Shown piece by piece: positions 45,336 through 55,196 of a stretch of 64,000 bases of DNA. The DNA lies in sequence record NC_100372.1; one strand, written 5' to 3'. The translations under genes were made by a program, and so were the position numbers. Source of the stretch: a phage. The notes beneath the pieces were generated by a model. The model made no database searches, was not told the origin of the DNA, and saw only the letters and a list, made by a program, of their open reading frames with translations. How positions within the stretch are numbered: position 1 is the stretch's first letter; each line of letters begins with the position of its first letter.

Positions 45336-45768
45336 AGAGCTTACTGATGCAAAAGCTTTTGGTGAGACAGCTGTGCAAAGGGGGCAGGCTATGGGGCTGG
45401 CACTACCTTTTGTCTTAAAAGAGCATTTTACAGATTTTCAGCTTATCCGTGGTGAAAAGGGGATGCTTATTCTGGAGCATAAGCTGAGTAAGAAACGTTA
45501 TAAAGTTGTTTTTAATTCTAAAGCTCCAACAAAACTTGGATTCAGAACTTACAATCTCAACCCTTCTTATACTAAGGGTGTTGGAAGAGTGGAACAGCAA
45601 CATCTCAGTGCTAGAGCTTCTTTAGCCCCTTTGATGCTAAATTTCTCAGGTGTTGCTTTGGGATACCTGGATAAGAAAAGAGTTCTTCATGTTCGTTTTA
45701 CAGACTTCGTAACGCTTTTAGCTAACAACGAAGTAGATGAAAAGGGACGTGTAAAAACAAACTTCTAA
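45310..45768 (+). CDS. hypothetical protein
   Basis: 152-aa ORF. Confidence 0.35.
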   Translation: MIKSIDLTKELTDAKAFGETAVQRGQAMGLALPFVLKEHFTDFQLIRGEKGMLILEHKLSKKRYKVVFNSKAPTKLGFRTYNLNPSYTKGVGRVEQQHLSARASLAPLMLNFSGVALGYLDKKRVLHVRFTDFVTLLANNEVDEKGRVKTNF

Positions 45769-45783
45769 TAACGTGCAGTATGA

Positions 45784-45987
45784 TTGGAGACCGCAATGAC
45801 ACCAGAGTTAACAATTCCAGACAGCTTTTCAGAAAGCTTTATCCCAGAAATGATGAAGAAGATGCAATCACTGCTTGATCAGATTGAGGAGGCTGTTTGG
45901 GAAGACGATGCTGTAGTAGCTAACGAGCTGGTAGATAAGTGTAAAAGTATTATTGATGCAATTGAAGAATACCACGGAGGTTTTTAA
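45784..45987 (+). CDS. hypothetical acidic protein
   Basis: 67-aa ORF; stop overlaps next start. Confidence 0.3.
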   Translation: METAMTPELTIPDSFSESFIPEMMKKMQSLLDQIEEAVWEDDAVVANELVDKCKSIIDAIEEYHGGF

Positions 45988-46589
45988 TGGATATTATTGT
46001 TCTTAATGCTCCACCAAGTTCTGGAAAAGACCATATCGCAGATCTTTTGTTGGAAGCCATTCCAAACTCGCATCACCGCGAGGTAAAGGAAATGCTATTC
46101 AGTGTGGCAATTAAGGCAGCGGGTATTTCACCACAGTTGTGGAATGCACTCTATGATCGCCGCTACAAAGAAGAACCGTGCCCGTTCTTAATGATAGACG
46201 GCAAGCATGTTTCTCCGCGAGAATGGATGATCCATTGTAGTGAAAATCTGATTAAACCTATCTTTGGTGAAGACGCTTTCGGTAAGGCCGCAGTCGCATC
46301 CTTGAAGAAAGATTTCCCTGAAGGTAAAGGGGTTGTTGTTTACTCCGATGGTGGCTTCAAAGAGGAGCTGGCATGCCTTGGCGAGTACGCATACAGCACA
46401 GGTGGCGATCTTCTACTGTTCCGTATCCACCGTGCAGGATATGATTGGGGAAATGATTCCAGAACTTACCTTAGCCTAGAGAAGAACGGGATAAAAGGTA
46501 TCGAGTTTGATGTTGTTAACCCTGAGGGGTCTCCTTGGGAGTGCGCATCTGAGATTGTGTGCAAGTATATTGATGCTAAAGAGGTCTGA
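45987..46589 (+). CDS. deoxynucleoside monophosphate kinase (T4 gp1-like)
   Basis: 200 aa; N-terminal LNAPPSSGKDHIADLLL parallels the T4 dNMP kinase LSGVKRSGKDTTADFIM P-loop. Confidence 0.55.
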   Translation: MDIIVLNAPPSSGKDHIADLLLEAIPNSHHREVKEMLFSVAIKAAGISPQLWNALYDRRYKEEPCPFLMIDGKHVSPREWMIHCSENLIKPIFGEDAFGKAAVASLKKDFPEGKGVVVYSDGGFKEELACLGEYAYSTGGDLLLFRIHRAGYDWGNDSRTYLSLEKNGIKGIEFDVVNPEGSPWECASEIVCKYIDAKEV

Positions 46590-46594
46590 GAACA

Positions 46595-47188
46595 ATGCTG
46601 ATCGGAATTGATGTAGATTTAACACTGGTAGACTCAGGAACAGCATGGTGGGAGTGGCTAGAGCGTTTATATGGTCCAGCCAGCAAGACAGTCGCTAAAC
46701 CTTCTAACGGACTGATGTATTACGATCTGTCAAAGTATTGGCCTGATCGCCCCAAAGAAAACATCATAGGGCCTTTTGATTTCTGGAGTGACCCGTTCCT
46801 CTACGACTTTCTTAAGCCTGAAGAGGGGGCTATTGAGGTTATGAAAGATTTGGTGGCTCGTGGTCACAAGCTTGCATTTATCTCTGTATGCAAGAAAGGT
46901 CACCTTGCATCTAAATCAAGGTTCTTAAAGCGTTGGACCAGCGATTTTATGGATCTGGACGATCACACCCAGGGTCACGGCTTCTACGCCACACATTTCA
47001 AAGGTAATGTGGCTGTAGATGTTATAATTGACGACAGACATGAATACCTGAACCAATTCGCTTCACGCCCTGAAGTTATTAAAATCTTAAAAGACACTCC
47101 TTATGAGCAATTCGAGGAGTTGAAGGTCAGTGTTGACTATACCACCAATAGTTGGTATAAAATAGGAAAGTTTTTAGAAGGTATTTGA
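46595..47188 (+). CDS. putative HAD-family nucleotidase/phosphatase
   Basis: 197 aa; N-terminal IGIDVDLTLVDS (HAD motif I-like), VIIDDRHE (motif III-like). Confidence 0.35.
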   Translation: MLIGIDVDLTLVDSGTAWWEWLERLYGPASKTVAKPSNGLMYYDLSKYWPDRPKENIIGPFDFWSDPFLYDFLKPEEGAIEVMKDLVARGHKLAFISVCKKGHLASKSRFLKRWTSDFMDLDDHTQGHGFYATHFKGNVAVDVIIDDRHEYLNQFASRPEVIKILKDTPYEQFEELKVSVDYTTNSWYKIGKFLEGI

Positions 47189-47189
47189 A

Positions 47190-47390
47190 ATGGGCAGATG
47201 TTCTAAAGGTGGCGATCCTGTAGTCAGATACGGTGACTGGCTAGAGGTATATGATCTTGGAGGTAAGCTAGTGTATGCCTCCAGGATCACCCAAGACATG
47301 TGCTCTGATATGTTTAACAGATACCTTGCATTTAAGGCCAACATAAACCCAGACGAAATTTCCAAAATTAAAACAAGGAGAGCTAAATAA
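47190..47390 (+). CDS. hypothetical protein
   Basis: 66-aa ORF between nucleotidase-like gene and thyX. Confidence 0.3.
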   Translation: MGRCSKGGDPVVRYGDWLEVYDLGGKLVYASRITQDMCSDMFNRYLAFKANINPDEISKIKTRRAK

Positions 47391-48373
47391 TGCTAAAACT
47401 GTGCACTGCAAAGATTATTGCCGACAGCATTTCCGAGAAAGGTAAGCGTATCACCACTTTTGAGCTAGAGTATCCTCGAATTATTCACTCAGAGCTTATG
47501 ACACATCGAGTGTTCAGCCGAAACGCCATGTCTTCTCGTGCAGTTCCTGTCGGTAAGATGCTACAGCAGATCGTGGAGAATCCGGCAATGCCAGTTCGCT
47601 TCGGTGTAAATAAGCGAGGGATGGAAGATGGTGGGGAACACGATCAAAAGATCCGTGTAGAGTATACCGACATGGAGTTAACTCCTGAAGAGTTTTGGAA
47701 AGAAGCTGCAAAAAACGCCGCGTGGCATGCAGAGAAGTTCGCCCTTGCTGGTTACCATAAGCAAGTATGTAATCGCTTAGTGGAGCCGTTTCAGCGCATG
47801 AAAACAGTTGTAACAAGCACCGAGTGGAATAATTTTTTCCATCTGCGTTGCTGGCACGATGCTGATCCTACGATTCAGATGCTGGCTAATTGTATGTGGG
47901 ATGCTCTTATGAATAGCACTCCTGAAACCCTTAAACCAGGCCAATGGCACACCCCATATGTAGAGCACGTTTATTTGGACGGTGAGTTTAACTATGCCGT
48001 GCGTGACACAGAAGGGAAGCTATGCATTCTCGATACTGGAGAAGCTCTATCTATTAGTGCGAGCTGCTGTGCACAAGTATCTTATCGCAATATTGACAGC
48101 ACGTTTGAAAAAGCAGATAGTGTGGCTAAAAAATTGATTGGTGGGGATCGTATTCATGCAAGCCCTTACGAGCACCAGGCGACACCTATGGATCACGATA
48201 ATGCAATGGAACGTTTAAACTACTACCTGTCTTCATGTGAAATCACACAAGATAGTTGTGTTTGGCAGGAAGGTGTAACCCATCAAGACCGTGATGGTAA
48301 ATTCTGGTCTGCCAACTTTTGTGGGTGGGTTCAGCACAGACAGTTGCTTAATAACCACTTCATGAAAGGGTAA
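47390..48373 (+). CDS. thyX: flavin-dependent thymidylate synthase ThyX
   Basis: 327 aa; ThyX signature HRVFSRNAMSSRAV (RHRxxSxxxxSxR); longer than typical ThyX. Confidence 0.8.
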   Translation: MLKLCTAKIIADSISEKGKRITTFELEYPRIIHSELMTHRVFSRNAMSSRAVPVGKMLQQIVENPAMPVRFGVNKRGMEDGGEHDQKIRVEYTDMELTPEEFWKEAAKNAAWHAEKFALAGYHKQVCNRLVEPFQRMKTVVTSTEWNNFFHLRCWHDADPTIQMLANCMWDALMNSTPETLKPGQWHTPYVEHVYLDGEFNYAVRDTEGKLCILDTGEALSISASCCAQVSYRNIDSTFEKADSVAKKLIGGDRIHASPYEHQATPMDHDNAMERLNYYLSSCEITQDSCVWQEGVTHQDRDGKFWSANFCGWVQHRQLLNNHFMKG

Positions 48374-48402
48374 GCCTATCACAGCGATAGGTAACTTTTG
48401 TG

Positions 48403-48431
48403 TTGACTAATAGCATTAGATAATCTATAAT
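48403..48431 (+). promoter_or_regulatory. consensus sigma70 promoter (TTGACT-N17-TATAAT) with hairpin at +1 region
   Basis: TTGACT 48403-48408, 17-nt spacer, TATAAT 48426-48431; 8-bp inverted repeat TGGCTCAC / GTGAGCCA at 48434-48455; RBS GGGAGA and ATG 48472. Confidence 0.65.
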
Positions 48432-48471
48432 AGTGGCTCACTTTGTTGGTGAGCCAGAAAGGGAGACAGAT

Positions 48472-48933
48472 ATGAGTGATGTTATGATTCCTAAAAAGAC
48501 ATTTATTTCAGTTACTTTAGATTTCCTATCTACCGTTCCTGGGTTTAACGTTCGCACACGAAACGGTCTTCGAGCTGCACTCTTTGCCGTAGGGTTTGAT
48601 TTAAAAAATATTGATGTTCTTCGTGGAAAAAACGTTAGATGCAAAAATAAACCAACTCATTATCGAAAGGCCGATGTATTTGCTGGTGTCATGCGTGCAG
48701 ACTTTAGATACCCACAAATGTATAATGGTGTAGATATTCTAGATGTAGATAAAGCACCCGGTGAGACAATGCTTGTTCAAGATCTTCCGTATGATATCCC
48801 CGTAGAGGATCGTGTCAATGTAAGAAAGTATACAAAACAATCTGAAAAGGCTGAAGATATTCATATTGTTGATGAACCTTTCAATTTTGAAGATCTGCAT
48901 CGCCTGGAAAAATTATTCGGTATTGAAAGCTAA
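48472..48933 (+). CDS. hypothetical protein
   Basis: Start set at ATG 48472 (ORF track start 48433 lies within the promoter -10 / leader hairpin); 153 aa. Confidence 0.4.
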   Translation: MSDVMIPKKTFISVTLDFLSTVPGFNVRTRNGLRAALFAVGFDLKNIDVLRGKNVRCKNKPTHYRKADVFAGVMRADFRYPQMYNGVDILDVDKAPGETMLVQDLPYDIPVEDRVNVRKYTKQSEKAEDIHIVDEPFNFEDLHRLEKLFGIES

Positions 48934-48943
48934 GGTGGTGAAG

Positions 48944-49174
48944 ATGAGTCATAACTCCAAGTGGAAGGATCTTGGTTTTGCAAGTCGGGCAGAATATGTT
49001 GGTTGGCTTTGGTTCAATGGCCTGACAAACGATATTAAAATGTATGATGATGTTTATTATGACGAGTATACAGGTAAAATTATAAATATCTCTGTAGAAG
49101 AGGATACCTTTACCCAACAAGATACTGATACCTGCCTTGATAAATACGTTGATGAAGTGGAGGAAGCAAATTGA
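48944..49174 (+). CDS. hypothetical protein
   Basis: Start set at ATG 48944 with RBS AAGGTGG; 76 aa; stop overlaps nrdA start. Confidence 0.3.
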   Translation: MSHNSKWKDLGFASRAEYVGWLWFNGLTNDIKMYDDVYYDEYTGKIINISVEEDTFTQQDTDTCLDKYVDEVEEAN

Positions 49175-51486
49175 TCACCAAGGTAATTAAAAGCAACGGA
49201 TGTGAAGTAGCATTCGATCCGGAACGTTTAAATAAGGCAGCTATTTTCGGTGACGACGGTAACGGCAATTGGTCACATATTGCACTTGATGCATACAAAC
49301 GGCTGTATGATGGATGCACAACCAAAGAAGTTAACCAAGCTATTATAGACTCCTGTGTTAGCCGTAAGGACGAAGCACATTCTCGTATGGCTGGTCGTGT
49401 TCTTATCGGTCAGATTTATAAAGAGGCTTTTGGAGGATTCACAAAGATCCCTTCCTTACCATCATTTTACAATACCATGGTTGATAAAGGGTATTGGGAG
49501 GATATGGGCTATAGCTTTACCGAGTTAAACACTTTAGACACTGTTATTGATCACAGTAAAGACCTTGGTTATGGCTATGCAGTCCTTAAACAGTTTCGAG
49601 ACAAATACGGGATCAAGGATACTCTTAAAGACACCCTGTTCGAATCTCCACAGATGATGTTTATGGGGATAGCGATGGCTGTCATGAAAAATATGCCGAA
49701 AGAACGCCGTATTGACGATGTTGTAAAATTATACACTTATCTGTCAGACTTAAAGATCAATGCCCCGACACCGTACTTAAACGGTCTACGCACAGGCAAG
49801 ACAGGGTATGCATCTTGTTGTGTAATAAAAGCTGACGATACAGCAAAATCTATTGGTGTGGCACGTGAAGTTGCATACACAATGACGGTTAACCAAGCAG
49901 GTATTGGCTACTATTTATCATCAAGATCTGCAGGTGATGGTGTTCGTGGTAACACTATTAAACATATGGGCAAGATTCCATATTATCGAGGTATTGATGC
50001 TGGAGTTAAGGAGAACAGACAACAATCACGTGGCGGTTCTGCAACAGTATCATTCCTTGCACTGGACCCGCAGATTGATGAGCTAATCCGTTTGAGAAAC
50101 CCTATGACTGTTGCTTCAAAAAGAATCAACACCATGGACTACTCTATAGGTATTAATAGGTCGTTTATCAACCGTGTGGCTAAGAATTTAGATTGGATGC
50201 TTGTTTCTTATAAGCACGCTCCTCAACTGCATGAGGGTATCTTCACCATGTCTATGGAGGAGTTTGATGCAGAGGTTGATCGTATCGCTAAAGATGACAG
50301 TATTCCTAAAACATGGATCCGAGCTAGAGATCTTGCTGTTGAGCTGATCACTCAGCGTACCGAGGTTGGAAGGCTGTACGTATACTGGACAGATGAGATG
50401 AATAGACATACACCTTTTAAAGATGTAATCTATTCAAGTAACCTGTGTGCAGAAATAGCCCTCCCGACAAAAGGCTATTCAGATATGCGTAATATCTTCA
50501 AGTACGATGTTGATGATGGCGAAGTTGCATTGTGCTTCCTGTCATCTCTTGTAGCCGGAAGGGTTACCCCAGAGGAGTATGAGGATGTTGCATACTACAC
50601 GGTGCTTATGATTGACAATGTTATGGAAATCATGACATATCCGTATGAAAATATGGAGAGCACTGTTAAAAAACGCAGATCCATTGGGGTTGGCCTTACT
50701 AATGTTGCACATTTTATTGCCAGCCACAAGGTTACTTACGGATCTCCTGAAAGTAAACAGCTTGTTCACGATCTTGCAGAACTTCACAGCTACAGCTTGC
50801 ATAAGGCAAGTTTACGATTGGCAAAAGAGCGTGGTGTCTGTGAGTGGATGCATAAAACAAAATACCCGGAGGGTTGGTTACCAATCGACACCTATAACAA
50901 AGAGGTCGATAGTGTGGTGAAAGATCCTTCTCTTAAGCAGGATTGGGAAGGGTTACGTAAAGAAATCATTGAAAATGGTGGGCTACGTAATAGCGTTCTT
51001 GAAGCATATATGCCTAATGAAAGCTCTTCGCTGGCAACAAACACCACTAACGGGGTTTATCCTGTCCGTGAACACATTATCTTTAAAAAGTCACCACAAG
51101 GGCAGGTGCTGTTTATCGTTCCTGAATATGATGAACTGAAAGAGTATTATACCTCGGCTTGGGACGTTGATACTAGCGACATGATTGATATGTATGCTGT
51201 GATTCAAAAATTCACAGGACAGGCAATCAGTGCTGACCTATATATTGATTACACCAAGTTGAAAGATGGTAAAATTTCAATGAAAGAGCAGCTGGGGTAT
51301 CTTATCCGTGCTACTAAATTCGGGATGAAGACATGGTATTACTTAAACTCTCGGGTTGGTGCTGGTGACTCTTTGACAGAGGAGCTTCACGCGAAGAAAC
51401 AGGCTGAAGATGAAACCAGAAAGAACTATCCTTTGATTGCAGATAGTTCAGTTGAAGATCCGTATTGCGAAAGTTGTGCACTGTAA
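49171..51486 (+). CDS. nrdA: ribonucleoside-diphosphate reductase alpha subunit (class I)
   Basis: 771 aa; N-terminal ATP-cone-like region, active-site NLCAEIALP, C-terminal CESCAL tail; TTG start after GGAGGAAG. Confidence 0.9.
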   Translation: MITKVIKSNGCEVAFDPERLNKAAIFGDDGNGNWSHIALDAYKRLYDGCTTKEVNQAIIDSCVSRKDEAHSRMAGRVLIGQIYKEAFGGFTKIPSLPSFYNTMVDKGYWEDMGYSFTELNTLDTVIDHSKDLGYGYAVLKQFRDKYGIKDTLKDTLFESPQMMFMGIAMAVMKNMPKERRIDDVVKLYTYLSDLKINAPTPYLNGLRTGKTGYASCCVIKADDTAKSIGVAREVAYTMTVNQAGIGYYLSSRSAGDGVRGNTIKHMGKIPYYRGIDAGVKENRQQSRGGSATVSFLALDPQIDELIRLRNPMTVASKRINTMDYSIGINRSFINRVAKNLDWMLVSYKHAPQLHEGIFTMSMEEFDAEVDRIAKDDSIPKTWIRARDLAVELITQRTEVGRLYVYWTDEMNRHTPFKDVIYSSNLCAEIALPTKGYSDMRNIFKYDVDDGEVALCFLSSLVAGRVTPEEYEDVAYYTVLMIDNVMEIMTYPYENMESTVKKRRSIGVGLTNVAHFIASHKVTYGSPESKQLVHDLAELHSYSLHKASLRLAKERGVCEWMHKTKYPEGWLPIDTYNKEVDSVVKDPSLKQDWEGLRKEIIENGGLRNSVLEAYMPNESSSLATNTTNGVYPVREHIIFKKSPQGQVLFIVPEYDELKEYYTSAWDVDTSDMIDMYAVIQKFTGQAISADLYIDYTKLKDGKISMKEQLGYLIRATKFGMKTWYYLNSRVGAGDSLTEELHAKKQAEDETRKNYPLIADSSVEDPYCESCAL

Positions 51487-51494
51487 TTTAAAAA

Positions 51495-51513
51495 GGGGCT
51501 TCGGCCCCATTTT
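51495..51513 (+). terminator. hairpin terminator/attenuator between nrdA and nrdB
   Basis: GGGGC-TTCG-GCCCC followed by ATTTT. Confidence 0.45.
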
Positions 51514-51525
51514 AGAGGTAGAATA

Positions 51526-52614
51526 ATGGCTGTATTTAATACTGAGAACACTGCTCATAAAACTGGTGATTATCCGCTGTTTTTAGGACAGCAGATGGGG
51601 ATGTACGACTCTATTAACAAAAAGTACCCACAGCTGTTTGAACTATACAAAAAACAAAAAGAACAAGATTGGGCAGAGGACGAAGTAGATTTGTCACAGT
51701 CTATTTCGGATTTCGTAACATGCTCAAAGTCAACTTACGATGTAATGGTGCAGACACTGATGTGGCAATGGGAGGCAGACAGTGTTGCAGCAAGATCTAT
51801 CATTTGTCTGTTTTCACCATTTATCACTAATAGTGAACTTTTCACCTTGTTGATGAAGCAGTCTGAGATCGAGGTTCTTCATGCACTAACTTACTCAGAG
51901 ATTGTTAGACAATGCCTTCCTAATGCTCGTGAGATTATAGAAGAGATTCAGGAAAACCAGAACGTGCTAAGCAGGTCTGGAGTTATTGTCAAATATATGC
52001 AAGAGCTTGAGGTTATTGGTGCAAAATACCGACTGGATCCTTCCAGTGTTGAAGAAGATGTTGTACGGAAATGTATCCTTAGAGCACTTTTTGCACTTTT
52101 AGCTCTAGAGAGTATTGAGTTTATTGCAAGTTTTGCATGTACGTTCGCAGTAGCTGAGCAAGGTATTTTTGTTCAAGTTGCACAACTCGTTCAAAAAATT
52201 ATGCTTGATGAGATGCTGCATTCGAAAGGTGATTTTGCTATCATCGATATCCTGCTTGATGATCCTACATGGGAGCAAAGCTTTCTTGAGATTAAGGGAG
52301 AGTTAAAAGAGATTCTTGACGAAGTACGGATCAAGGAGTACGGTTGGAGTGACTATATTTTCAGCGAAGGAAGGGCGATTATAGGGCTTAACTCACCATT
52401 ACTTAAAGAATGGGTTGACTATAACTGTTCACCGATTTATGATTACTATAACATCGACAAAGACTTTGTGCCGCCAACAAAAGACCCGTTACCGTTTATG
52501 CAGGTGTGGATGAAACCTTCACTGCAACAGACGGCTAACCAGGAAATGTCTAACACCGACTATCGCGTCAACACAACTGTTAATGACGCTGAAGAAGAAA
52601 TTTGGGAGTTTTAA
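51526..52614 (+). CDS. nrdB: ribonucleoside-diphosphate reductase beta subunit (class I)
   Basis: 362 aa; follows nrdA; helical ferritin-like sequence with conserved Glu/His ligand contexts (EIEVLHALTYSEIV, LDEMLHSKG). Confidence 0.8.
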   Translation: MAVFNTENTAHKTGDYPLFLGQQMGMYDSINKKYPQLFELYKKQKEQDWAEDEVDLSQSISDFVTCSKSTYDVMVQTLMWQWEADSVAARSIICLFSPFITNSELFTLLMKQSEIEVLHALTYSEIVRQCLPNAREIIEEIQENQNVLSRSGVIVKYMQELEVIGAKYRLDPSSVEEDVVRKCILRALFALLALESIEFIASFACTFAVAEQGIFVQVAQLVQKIMLDEMLHSKGDFAIIDILLDDPTWEQSFLEIKGELKEILDEVRIKEYGWSDYIFSEGRAIIGLNSPLLKEWVDYNCSPIYDYYNIDKDFVPPTKDPLPFMQVWMKPSLQQTANQEMSNTDYRVNTTVNDAEEEIWEF

Positions 52615-52617
52615 TAT

Positions 52618-52896
52618 ATGAGCTGTGAAAAATCTTTTTTCATTATCATCTACGGTAAGGATAACTGCCCACATTGTGTAAGAGCAAAAGAATTTGCAGC
52701 AAGCAAAGGTATACCTTTCGTATACAAGACGCTCGGTGAAGGATACACAAAAGAAGAGCTTATTGAGAAGTGTAGTCCATTTGTTCCCAGAACGTTGCCT
52801 CAGATCTTCTTGGAAAGCAACCTTGATAGTGTCCACATAGGTGGTGCTGACGATTTCATCTCTTTTGTTAAGAATGGTTTTGGAGAGAAAAAGTGA
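52618..52896 (+). CDS. glutaredoxin / NrdH-like redoxin
   Basis: 92 aa; CPHC active site (GKDNCPHCVRAKEF); between nrdB and nrdD. Confidence 0.7.
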   Translation: MSCEKSFFIIIYGKDNCPHCVRAKEFAASKGIPFVYKTLGEGYTKEELIEKCSPFVPRTLPQIFLESNLDSVHIGGADDFISFVKNGFGEKK

Positions 52897-55016
52897 AAGT
52901 TGTAAAACGGGACGGTAGAGAAGAGGTCTATAACGGAGTTAAGGTAATCAAGGCGGCAGAGTCCGCCTTACTTGAGTCTGGGCATACTGAAGAAGAAGCT
53001 TACCGGATCGCTTGTGCGATTAATGAAGTTGTTGCCAACAATCTACCAACCGACCAGTGCACGATCTCTGTAAAAAATATCCATATCCTTGTTGAAGATG
53101 CTCTTATGGATATGGGTTTAAAATGTGCAGCCAGAGAATATATCCAGTATAGACAGACAAGAGATAATAACAGAGAGGCAGGTGGAAAACTGCTTGCAGA
53201 TATTAGTGGCTTCTTGGATCGAACTTGTGATGAATTTACAAAAGAAAACGCAAATAAGCCCACTAATCATGTACATACTCATCGTGACCTGCTTGCAGGT
53301 ATCCTTAGCAAACACCTTGCATCAACACAGATACTGCCAGATCGTGTCTCCGAAGAGCACAACAAGGGATTCATCCATGTGCATGATCTTGACTATCTGA
53401 TCAGTCCGTTAACAAACTGCTGTTTGGTGAATTATCCGGATATGCTGGAAAACGGATTCAACATTGGCAACGCCCATGTCAGTAAGCCGAAGTCAATAGG
53501 GGTTGCAACAACAATCCTCAGCCAAATCTCTAGTGCAGTAGCTAGTGCTCAATATGGTGGTCAGACCATGAGCCATATTGATCATTATCTGGCGCAGTAT
53601 GCTGAAGCAACCTATGAGAAGAATCTTAAATTTTGTCAGGAACATTGGTTGCCGGATGCTGAGACTGTTGCAATGCAAATGACGGATAAAGACGTGTTTG
53701 ATAGTATGCAAACTTTGCTATACCAAATCAATACGTTAACTTCTGTCAACGGGCAAACCCCATTCATCACATTAAGTTTAGGACTGGATACCTCAATCTT
53801 TGGTAGAATGATTACCAAAAACTACCTGAAAGTCCACAAAATGGGTCTTGGTGAAGAACGTATCACACCTGTGTTCCCTAAGGTGCTGTTCTTCCTGGAG
53901 GAGGGTATCAACATGAACCCCGGGGATCCTAACTATGATTTGAAACGATTAGCTCTGGAATGCTCTGCAGAGCGGATTTATCCTGACTTCGTATCTGTAC
54001 CACTAAATAGAAAAGTGACAGGTTCAACAGAAGGTAATGTCACAAGCATGGGTTGCCGGAGTTTTCTTAGCAAATACAATGACTTGGAAACAGGAGAGGA
54101 GAAATACCTTGGCAGATTTAACTTAGGTGTTGTTAGCCTTAACCTACCAATGATTGCGGCAAAAGCTAAAACGGAAGGTGTTGATTTCTTTGCAGTTCTT
54201 GACGAGTACTTGGATCTGGCATACGAGGCTCATCTTGTAAGGGTTAACCGTCTAAAAGGAACAAAGGCAGGGCAGAACCCCATCATGTGGTGTGAAGGAG
54301 CTCTTGCTCGCCTGGATCCTGAAGAGAGTATTGATAAACTCTTCTATGACGGGTATGCTTCCATAAGTATTGGATATATTGGTGTGTATGAAACCTGCCA
54401 GATTTTAGGCAGAGAGGGAGACAAGTCCTTAGCTCTTGGGATCCTTCAGCACATGAAAGACGCTTGTGATCGGTACAAAAAAGAAAGTGGTCTGGCATTC
54501 AGCTTGTACGGCACTCCTTCAGAGAGCTTGTGCTATAAGGCTGCAACATGTCTAGATCGTGAATATCCTGAAGTGTTGAAGCACGAGCACGAATACCTTA
54601 CCAACAGTTTCCACCAGCCCGTGTGGATCAATAGCTCACCTTTTGACAAGTGGAAGTATGAGGAAGGTTTTGCTATGATCTCTTCTGGCGGTAACATTGG
54701 ATACATAGAAACACCTAACCTGAAAAACAACCTGGATGCTTTGGAATCCCTTGTCGATTTCGGGTATAAACACATTATGTATTTTGGTATTAACCAACCT
54801 GTGGATAAATGTCTTAAGTGCGGATTCTCTGGTGAGTTCAGTGCAACAGCTAAAGGCTTTGTATGCCCAGAGTGCGGAAACCATGAAGAGGGAACGATCA
54901 GTGTGATTAGACGTGTATCTGGGTATCTGTCCAGTCCAAACTCCCGACCTTACAACAAAGGTAAGCAAGCGGAAGTTATAGAACGGGTTAAGCACTACGG
55001 CAGCTGTGGTTGCTGA
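52893..55016 (+). CDS. nrdD: anaerobic ribonucleoside-triphosphate reductase (class III)
   Basis: 707 aa; N-terminal ATP-cone, C-terminal zinc site CLKCGF...CPECG and glycyl-radical motif RRVSGYLSS; GTG start. Confidence 0.9.
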   Translation: MKVVKRDGREEVYNGVKVIKAAESALLESGHTEEEAYRIACAINEVVANNLPTDQCTISVKNIHILVEDALMDMGLKCAAREYIQYRQTRDNNREAGGKLLADISGFLDRTCDEFTKENANKPTNHVHTHRDLLAGILSKHLASTQILPDRVSEEHNKGFIHVHDLDYLISPLTNCCLVNYPDMLENGFNIGNAHVSKPKSIGVATTILSQISSAVASAQYGGQTMSHIDHYLAQYAEATYEKNLKFCQEHWLPDAETVAMQMTDKDVFDSMQTLLYQINTLTSVNGQTPFITLSLGLDTSIFGRMITKNYLKVHKMGLGEERITPVFPKVLFFLEEGINMNPGDPNYDLKRLALECSAERIYPDFVSVPLNRKVTGSTEGNVTSMGCRSFLSKYNDLETGEEKYLGRFNLGVVSLNLPMIAAKAKTEGVDFFAVLDEYLDLAYEAHLVRVNRLKGTKAGQNPIMWCEGALARLDPEESIDKLFYDGYASISIGYIGVYETCQILGREGDKSLALGILQHMKDACDRYKKESGLAFSLYGTPSESLCYKAATCLDREYPEVLKHEHEYLTNSFHQPVWINSSPFDKWKYEEGFAMISSGGNIGYIETPNLKNNLDALESLVDFGYKHIMYFGINQPVDKCLKCGFSGEFSATAKGFVCPECGNHEEGTISVIRRVSGYLSSPNSRPYNKGKQAEVIERVKHYGSCGC

Positions 55017-55019
55017 TAC

Positions 55020-55049
55020 TTGACAAAAGCCACAAGGATGTGGCATATT
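55020..55049 (+). promoter_or_regulatory. sigma70-like promoter (TTGACA-N18-CATATT)
   Basis: TTGACA 55020-55025; -10 CATATT 55044-55049; upstream of small Cys-rich ORF and nrdG. Confidence 0.4.
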
Positions 55050-55079
55050 GTTGTTACACAGTAAACTAGGAGGTGCAGT

Positions 55080-55196
55080 ATGTCGTCAGGTATTTATAAA
55101 ATTTGCAAGTGTGGTTGTCATTGCAATCTTCGTTGGTGCAAGGCACTGGATGATTTTATTTGGCATTGTCCTAAATGTGATGCGGAGTACTTATGA
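55080..55196 (+). CDS. small Cys-rich zinc-ribbon-like protein (38 aa) coupled to nrdG
   Basis: RBS AGGAGG then ATG 55080; MSSGIYKICKCGCHCNLRWCKALDDFIWHCPKCDAEYL; stop TGA overlaps nrdG ATG (ATGA). Below the ORF-track size cutoff. Confidence 0.4.
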   Translation: MSSGIYKICKCGCHCNLRWCKALDDFIWHCPKCDAEYL

